Shown: piece by piece, positions 54,455 to 64,000 of the stretch
How the letters are laid out: every line of letters begins with the position of its first letter
How positions within the stretch are numbered: position 1 is the first letter of the stretch
NCBI RefSeq assembly: GCF_009914755.1
Contig: NC_060940.1
Reading direction: 5' to 3' (one strand)
From: the human T2T-CHM13v2.0 reference genome, Homo sapiens
Length of the DNA: 64,000 nucleotides
Made by a program: the position numbers and the translations under genes
The notes under the pieces: generated by a model
What the model was told of the DNA's origin: nothing
The model's database searches: none
Seen by the model: only the letters and a program-made list of their open reading frames with translations

Positions 54455-54865
54455 TTAGTTTCTTGAGATTATCATCCGCTGAGGGTGGAAGGGGAGTGAG
54501 CAGACACACTCGGGAGGTGTCTTGAGATTATCATCCGCTGAGGGTGGAGCTGAGGGTGGAAGGGGAGTGAGCAGACACTCGGCAGGTGTCTTGAGATTAT
54601 CATCCGCTGAGGGTAGAGCTGAGGGTGGAAGGGGAGTGAGCAGACACTCGGGAGGTGTCTTGAGATTATCATCCGCTGAGGGTGGAAGGGGATAGAGCAG
54701 ACGCTCGGAAGGTGTCTTGAGGCTCAGGGAGTTATCAATTATAGAATGTTGTTGAGTTGGAGGAGGTGGCTGGTGGCCCATCCTGTTTTTTAAAGTTTCA
54801 GCTGTGAGGTAGGGCCAGTAGGGCAATCCTGAAGAATGACGATGCTCCACTGCCGCCATTCTGAC
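54455..54865 (-). CDS. NPIPA: NPIPA terminal coding exon with proline-rich SADDNLKTP repeats
   Basis: ctacag|GTCAGA acceptor; ORF 54455..54895 encodes [36 protein letters not shown]...MIISRN; TAA at 54455-54457. Confidence 0.96.
   Translation of the reverse strand, partial: VRMAAVEHRHSSGLPYWPYLTAETLKNRMGHQPPPPTQQHSIIDNSLSLKTPSERLLYPLPPSADDNLKTPPECLLTPLPPSALPSADDNLKTPAECLLTPLPPSAPPSADDNLKTPPECVCSLPFHPQRMIISRN
54461..54720 (-). repeat. Coding VNTR of the NPIP last exon (units of 59, 69, 69 and 57 bp)
   Basis: The + strand motif tcttgag(attatcatccgct) recurs at 54461, 54520, 54589, 54658 and 54715. Confidence 0.93.
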
Positions 54866-56224
54866 CTGTAGGGCCAAAGGAGGGAATGTTTTCACACATA
54901 TTCATTTGATGGACAAAATTACCGCCACCAACACAGTCTGCACCTTCTGTTGCTGGTGATAGATTTTTGCACCTTTCCATCCTCCAGGTTTCAAAATAGC
55001 AGTGTCAGTGTCATAATATCACCCTTCCACTGAGTACTGCCGACAACTGGGGGGTAAAGAAAAGTCATTGGGACACACTGTTGTCTCCACATGCCACTGT
55101 GTCTGTCTGCAAATGTAGGCAGGCTGGGGTCCTGCCCCAGGGAAGACAGAGTCATAACAGAGTAATAAAGAAGCATGTTTGAGACACAGGAGTGTCTATG
55201 TCTATCCTCATTCCTCCCTCACAGCCATCACCAGAGCATGTTTCTTGCACCAGGTCAATAGACAGTAAGAGACAGTAAGAGAGGCATGAAAAGCCCATTG
55301 TCCACACATGTTGCAGCTTCTTTTTGGAGAATGTTTTCCAGGCCTTTTATGTTCTGTCTCTGATTCTCAGAACTCTGCAAGGTCAGTGTGACCACCCTGC
55401 TCCAAATCTAAGAAAACAGAGGTTTCCAGAGGAAGGAGAAATTGTGCCCAGGGTCACACAGCTTGCAAGAGGCAGAGTGGAAGTTGATTCCAGCTCTGCC
55501 TGCAGGACCCTCTCATTTCCCCTCTGTTTCCCTTCTTGACAAAGGATCTTCTTCACTCTGGAGGTGCCACCCATGAGAACAAAGAGCTCTGGAGAGATGT
55601 GGATTCCTGAAGAGCTGCAGGGGAACTGGGAGAGGGTTTTCTGACAGAACAATCTTACCTCAAGAAGTCAGTTAGGCATGGCTGTAATATTTCTTTTCAC
55701 TCCCAGGTAATACCAAATTGTAAGTGCACTAGGACCTAAAGAATACTTTTGTCCATGGAAAAATGAGGTGGGAATTCTAAACAAAGCAAGTTTTAAAACT
55801 GTGTTTCACTTCAAGTGTAGAAGTCCCATCGCGTGTAATCATAGGACTCGGCAGCTTTTGAAGGTACAGAGGCCACACAAGAACCAGCTTAGCTGAGCAT
55901 CATTTAAGGCCTTCATTTGGAATTGTCCCTGTGGGTAATAAGTTACATTCACTCTTCACTAATTTACAGTCAGGGCCCATTTGCTATTACAAATATGGAA
56001 CCTCTGACACTTAGAATATTAGATGGGGGCCCCACTGGGTGGGGATGAAGGTGTTTTTGCGCAACACGGTTACCAACAGGGATGGGACTGTGATGCTTGT
56101 AGGCAGCCTTCCTCTCTGCCATCTCCCTCTGCAGGGCTTGAGCACAGAGCCGTAGGGAGAAAAATGTATCCATGTCCTGACCTGGCAGACTATGTCCAAA
56201 AGCAAGGAAAACAAGCAAACTTAC

Positions 56225-56260
56225 CCGGTTGCAAAGAGGCTTTCTTGCAGAAGGGGTGAT
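56225..56260 (-). CDS. NPIPA: NPIPA small coding exon (ITPSARKPLCNR)
   Basis: ttttcag|ATC acceptor, CGG|gtaagt donor, 36 nt. Confidence 0.92.
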
Positions 56261-56369
56261 CTGAAAAAGCCAACACATGAGAAATTGAATGTTGAGAGAG
56301 TCTAAGGGCCGTGGCATCATCTGCATCAGCACTGAACTATCCTGCAACTGCGGGGAGGAAGCTCCTTAC

Positions 56370-56430
56370 TTTGCATCTGTAGTAGTCCTCTGCCCGCCGC
56401 CGCAACGCTTGCGCACGTTGAAACATTTCC
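56370..56430 (-). CDS. NPIPA: NPIPA internal coding exon ([21 protein letters not shown])
   Basis: catag|GGAAATG acceptor, AAA|gtaagg donor, 61 nt. Confidence 0.93.
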
Positions 56431-56584
56431 CTATGGATTACAATCACTTTCATCAGATAAAGCACCACTTTCAGGATGATTTTAAATAATCTGCCATGTT
56501 TCTGTTATCCTCACAACTGTACCCTTACACAATCTATCTCTACCTAGAAAACGTATTTCAGATGGCTGTAAGAGTACAGTCTGA

Positions 56585-56989
<405 letters not shown>

Positions 56990-57448
56990 TCAGTATATCC
57001 CTAATTCATCCTTCATTGAGCATCTTTTATCATAAAGCTGTATTCTCTTTGTATTAATATCTTTACCGTGTTTCACAGGGCAGAAACAGCTGGGCTTATA
57101 AACAGGCATAGTCCTTTTGAAGGATGTGGTTGATCCTACAACAACACACTTTCCTAAGGATGACAACAACTCACCCCACCCCTAGAATGGCTGGTATGAA
57201 CCGAGTTTCCACACAGTCTAGCTGGCAATGGGGTCAGGAGCCGTTTTGCTACTTCACATCTTTTGGTCACTGGTAAATATTAAGGTACTTTGTTTTCTGT
57301 TTTGTGAACTCTCTCTCTCTCTCACGATATGTCTTCTGACCATTTGTTTCTATTTCTGCATTTACTGGGTCTAAACATTGTACAAAGGTTAAAAACAACA
57401 CTCCAATGGGCGTTTCCCAAGAGGGTGGGGTTCAGTTTCTGAACTCAC

Positions 57449-57556
57449 ATGTAGGTGTGTATTTCTTTCATATCCAATTTCCCATTTTCCTCTGCCTCTG
57501 ACACCTGCCTCTCCTTTTCTCCGTGCTCACGTTCTTTCATGCTTAGTTTCCTCAGA
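57449..57556 (-). CDS. NPIPA: NPIPA internal coding exon ([36 protein letters not shown])
   Basis: ttctag|TCTGAGG acceptor, ACAT|gtgagt donor, 108 nt, phase 2 to 2. Confidence 0.93.
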
Positions 57557-59377
57557 CTAGAAGGGAGAGAAATGCACACACATGATCCACCAGCCCGTGT
57601 GGGATTCCCTCTGCCCTTCTGGCATCTGAAGGCTGTGATTCAAAGATCCCCCCTGCAACCTTCCCACAAATGAACCAACTGATTCTCACAACCGAAGGGA
57701 GAATGGACACCTCCCATTGAGGGATAAAAAAAAATCACACTCTGGCCTGCTGGCAAGTCACCTGTCATTTCCAGCTCATCTTCATAGTTCCATAGTTAGT
57801 CCTATTCTTTAGTAAATATAAAGACTATTAAAAGCTTCTATGAGGTGCACTATGTGCGTCTCTGGGGTCAGTCTTGTGCTTGACACAGCAAAAGCTCATT
57901 TTAGTTCAGTGTGAAAAACCAGACCTCACCAATTCATCACAACTAACTCCATCGGAAGCAGAGGATTGCTCCTCATCTGACTCCTCCTGTGTGAGACTGA
58001 TTCTCAGTCAGAGGCTGATGCCGGAACTGAGACCATCAGCCATAGAGAGATCCTTCCAGAATATGGTGTCATTAACCCTGCAGTTCACTACTGCACTTTG
58101 CCATGATTCAGGACTGGAACTCTTGTCATCGACTTTAAAGATCCTGAAAAGGCAATCTGAATGCTGGGCGCATCTATTGAATTAGAAATGATGGGAATGG
58201 CTCCTAAGTCAGGGTGTTATGTCCTGAAAATAGGTGACAACGGCAAACCATCCACCCTGGTGTTGACTGACTTTAACAAGGTTCAGTTCACAGAGATTGA
58301 GGGCAGAAAAAGGAAACGGCCTCAAAAGGGTAAGTTTGCTGTGTTGCCCTCACACCACTTGATTCATGGTCGTGATCCTAAGGATCTCACCTGATACTTG
58401 GTTTTATAGGAAGGATGTGTAAAATTCCCAGAACGCTAGGAAACAGGGACGAAAACACTTCAAAGAGAAAGTTAATGAACTTGTTTCTGACCACAGGGCA
58501 TCCTTCAGCACATGCTGTCTGGAGTGGCCTCAAACAAGGAGTGTGTGGTGAGGTGCTGACAATGCAATGGGAGCAGGGTCCTGTCCCCACGCTAAAGAAG
58601 CTCACAGTTTAATGCAAATGAGAAGCCAGTGAGGACATCACTACTCCTGCTGTGCACTTGGGAACTAGAAACACAAAACCTGACTCTGGAGGGAAGCTAA
58701 GGAAGCATTCTACTCTTGAGTTGACATAAGTGCATCTGAAGCTTCTGATCTCCGATGAGAACAATGGGGGACACCAAACAGAATATAAAACCCATGATTG
58801 AATACATCAAATTGCTAACATGGCAGTAAACAGACATGAGGTGAAGATGGAGAAGAAGGAAACCCAGGACGAAAGTCAGCCTCGCATTTGGAACCCATTT
58901 CCCTGAGTTTCATTGCTGAATTCCAGAAGGAACTACTGAGATGCAAAGAAGCACAGCAGCTTTTGCACACATGCGTGGGGTTAGATGGAAAACAAGTGGA
59001 TTGAGGGTCTGCCAATGAAAGCGACCCATACTGAAGTCCACTGGCTCTGGTTGAGACCCAGAAGAGTCATGCATCAGAATAGAGGTGGACAGGAAATACC
59101 CTGGCCTTTGTAGGGACTGAGCCTGCACAGACGACCTCAATTGCAGCCTGTATGGAGGACCCCTGACCATCCCCCAGAAGTAGACTCCCATCTCTTCTGC
59201 AGCAAGATAACATGCTACTAGGTCTCAGTTCATTGCTAAATATTTTTTAAAAAGTATCTCACATTTAACAAAAAAAGATCAGTCATATGGCAGCAAAATA
59301 CAATGTAATATGACCAAAACATGAAAGACTGTGAAAATGAATCTGGAGGTGACCCAAGCATTGAATTCAACAATCCA

Positions 59378-60346
<969 letters not shown>

Positions 60347-60506
60347 TTATACAGCTTAAACTAATGAAGCAGAAAGGACAAACTCAATTTTGAACCCACT
60401 GAATTTGCCACAAATATTGTAGAAAATATTCTCAAGGACTTTACAGTTGTCTACTTTGATTGGCACATGGTTCATACAACAGTATTTGTGTCAAGGCACA
60501 TCTTAC

Positions 60507-60651
60507 TGTTCTTTGGCGGTCTTCCTCTTTCCATTGATTTTGTCATGACAGTTGACTTTTGTTGTCACCTTCATCTTACGGATTTTAGCTCGAACTTTGG
60601 TTTCCACCTGTCTCCATAAAGTAAAGATGTCTTCCAGGACAATTTTAATTC
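60507..60651 (-). CDS. NPIPA: NPIPA internal coding exon ([48 protein letters not shown])
   Basis: ttccag|GAATT acceptor, GAACA|gtaaga donor, 145 nt; matches the C-terminal part of ORF 60503..60880. Confidence 0.94.
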
Positions 60652-60814
60652 CTGGAAAGGAAGAAACTCTTTTCTTTGTGTGCATACAAACGGACCTCAG
60701 CCCTTGGTGAGAGTGAGGAGAGGAGAAGGTGAGAAACCTGAGGGCAAGAAGCTGTTCTTTCCCTTTCCAGGGCAAACTCATTTCCACACTATGGGGACTC
60801 CAACAGAGCCATAC

Positions 60815-60914
60815 CTTCCTGTCTACGGCAGTTGGACCTCCTGGCTCTCTGCTGTACATCCGTGGATCCATCATGTCCATTTTGAGACGGGAAGATAGTC
60901 TTCAGGAAAGACAC
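60815..60914 (-). CDS. NPIPA: NPIPA internal coding exon ([33 protein letters not shown])
   Basis: tcctag|GTGTCT acceptor, GAAG|gtatgg donor, 100 nt, phase 0 to 1. Confidence 0.93.
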
Positions 60915-60940
60915 CTAGGAAATAATAATATAAGAATGAC

Positions 60941-61894
<954 letters not shown>

Positions 61895-62304
61895 TCAACA
61901 TGGTTAGATGGTAATTATCATCTTGTAAGTATTTTACCACAGGTTAACATGTTTCACAACTTGAAAAGGAAGTAATTAATTACCTTCAGCTCTCTGAGTT
62001 CTAGAATTTGTAACATTTCACCCCCTGCTCCTTCCTGATCTGCACTGGAGCATCTTTCTTCTGTCCCTGCTCTACTCAGAGTTCACTTTCCCTTCCCTCA
62101 CATCAGCTTCGTTGAGGCTGGTTTGAACTTAATGCAAAACATTCTCACTAATGATTGAATTCCCACCAAGATTTCCATATTATCACAGTATGCTTTTAAT
62201 CTTCGAAGATATTAAATATTTGTTCTCATCATAGCTAAAATGCAACGCAAATCCCATCTGAGATGTGGGTCAGATACCTATGAATCTCCTGAGGTAGTCA
62301 TTGA

Positions 62305-62640
<336 letters not shown>

Positions 62641-63000
62641 TGATTTCTGCACATAGGATAAAAAAAAAATCATGTACTAGGATTTCAAGAGAAGCAATGG
62701 GTAATCTAAAAAGATGAAAAGAGCAACCACGTCTATCCCACAGCTACTGCTAGATTTCATAGGAAAGGTAGCTGGCCCAGTTTGGAGCTAGGAGAAATGT
62801 CAAACACATGAAGAAATGAGAAGCAAAGAAATGCCATCACACATGAATGCTTCATGACACCCATGATGTCCCTGCTTAGGAGGTAATGACTAGATGACAA
62901 GGACAAAGATGAGAGGTACAAAGTTGTCCAAGTCCAACAGCTCAACTGAACTTTCCTAAATGGAATTGTTAAAAAGTGGTAAATTTAAAAACTTCCCCTG

Positions 63001-63317
<317 letters not shown>

Positions 63318-64000
63318 TTATACCAAAAATTCTCTGTTCAGGACTAAGTGGCATAGAGAATGTTAAATGTGCCTAGATATCTTCATAACTCATATATTTT
63401 CTGTTTTCTACATATCTTGAAAGGCAGTGCCAAATGACGTGTAATTATCTAGGCAGTAAAACTGAAACATACTTCCTCTTCCCTTGAATATCAAAAAGCA
63501 TTGTGGTATTAGTACTTTTATCTTGGATCATTGTTCAGAAGGAGGTTCAGCCCCCAGACAACCACATTTTTACTGTCATGAATGGCAAGACAAAATGTAG
63601 AGCTCAACTTACCCAAAGGAAAAAAGGCTCAAAAGACAAATTATGGCACAACTTAGCAGCCAAATTCTTACCAAGTACAGACTTTTGACATACGGATCTC
63701 TCTCCAGTTGCAAGTGGGAACATGCACTTTGAATGATGTCATTCAAAATTACCCTGCCCAGACACACTTTTCATTGATTCTCTTGGAGGGCAGTTCTAAG
63801 AGATTCTCTGGGGCTTTCTCTGCATCATGAGACGCAGTGCAGTTCTGCCCTTCACCTTCCGGCAGTTTGTCACCTCGTCCCTATGACCTCAGAGGAACTT
63901 TGTCTCAGGCCAACTGTTTGTTCCTTGGGCTCTTTCATTTCCCCTAAAAATCATTTGCTGCCCCTCTAAATGGCCTACATCTCCATCTATCTCCCTCTAC

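Overview
This is human (or great-ape) genomic DNA, very rich in Alu, LTR, MIR and L2 repeats, with no prokaryotic features. Its content matches the chromosome 16p segmental-duplication clusters (LCR16a/NPIP). Positions 1 to ~46.5 kb are gene-free: a 12x59-bp VNTR, several solo LTRs with intact target-site duplications (TSDs), an AT-rich island and many Alus. At ~46,546 an L1 ORF2 fragment is cut off abruptly, which is a candidate duplication junction. It is followed by a partial, unprocessed PLA2G10 pseudogene on the + strand (exons 2-3 only, in-frame TGA). Facing it tail to tail are the last six coding exons of an NPIPA-type gene on the - strand; these splice into an open 286-aa frame, and the 5' exons lie beyond 64,000. 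The exact NPIPA paralog cannot be determined by eye. Almost every entry in the ORF track is an Alu or repeat artefact. I found no wholly new biological system. The best leads are the frame-switching NPIP coding repeat, candidate alternative NPIP exons, a pseudogene codon matching a PLA2G10 variant I recall being reported, the duplicon junctions and several template-switch scars. Repeat subfamily names come from remembered consensus sequences, and repeat edges are approximate unless a TSD is quoted.
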